From Octopus sinensis (lineage: Eukaryota), in the NCBI RefSeq assembly GCF_006345805.1, contig NC_043003.1:78430001-78494000 (forward strand): 64,000 nucleotides of DNA. Direction: 5' to 3'. Positions within the stretch are counted from its first letter, which is position 1. Every line of letters begins with the position of its first letter. A program made the position numbers and the translations under genes. Below the pieces are notes generated by a model. The model ran no database searches and had not been told where the DNA came from. It saw nothing but the letters and a program-made list of their open reading frames with translations. This document shows, piece after piece, positions 63,860 through 64,000 of this stretch.

Positions 63860-64000
63860 ATTATACTCCCTTATACTCTTTTACTTGTTTCAGTCTTGTG
63901 ACTGTGGCCATGCTGGAGCACCGCCTTCTTAGTCGAGCAAATCGACCCCAGGACTTATTCTTTGTAAGCCTAGTACTGATTCCGTCGGTTTCTTTTGCCG
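63860..64000 (-). mobile_element. SINE family A tail, runs off the window
   Basis: TTTTACTTGTTTCAGTC...GGCCATGCTGGAGCACCGCC...AGTCGAGCAAATCGACCCC. Confidence 0.8.

Overview
AT-rich, microsatellite-dense eukaryotic genomic DNA. It is most likely from a coleoid cephalopod (Octopus-like); this is inferred from composition and from SINE families I recognise, not from a search. The only host protein-coding sequence I can support is the first coding exon of a cGMP-dependent protein kinase (PRKG1/foraging-type; minus strand, 39537-39835). It encodes the leucine zipper and autoinhibitory segment and ends at a phase-2 GTAAGT donor. I found no further PKG exon by eye, so 1-39536 appears to be intron 1 and 39836-64000 is 5'UTR/upstream. 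Everything else is repeat: dozens of tRNA-derived SINE copies (three main families), a near-complete but dead mariner, degraded non-LTR retroelements (RTE, R4/Dong-like, HERO-like, CRE-like, two Penelope-like), Helitron-like elements, several MITEs/foldbacks, and many simple repeats that create the spurious low-complexity ORFs. There is a 100-N gap at 62952-63051. Best second-look items: minimal type-I hammerhead ribozyme motifs (26888-26930, 52606-52640, plus a non-canonical one at 25070-25105), a pre-miRNA-like hairpin (4700-4802), a MITE with an apparent CATG target duplication (17121-17426), long near-perfect palindromes, and the Cys/Tyr pattern of the PKG N-terminus. I do not see evidence for a wholly new multi-gene system.
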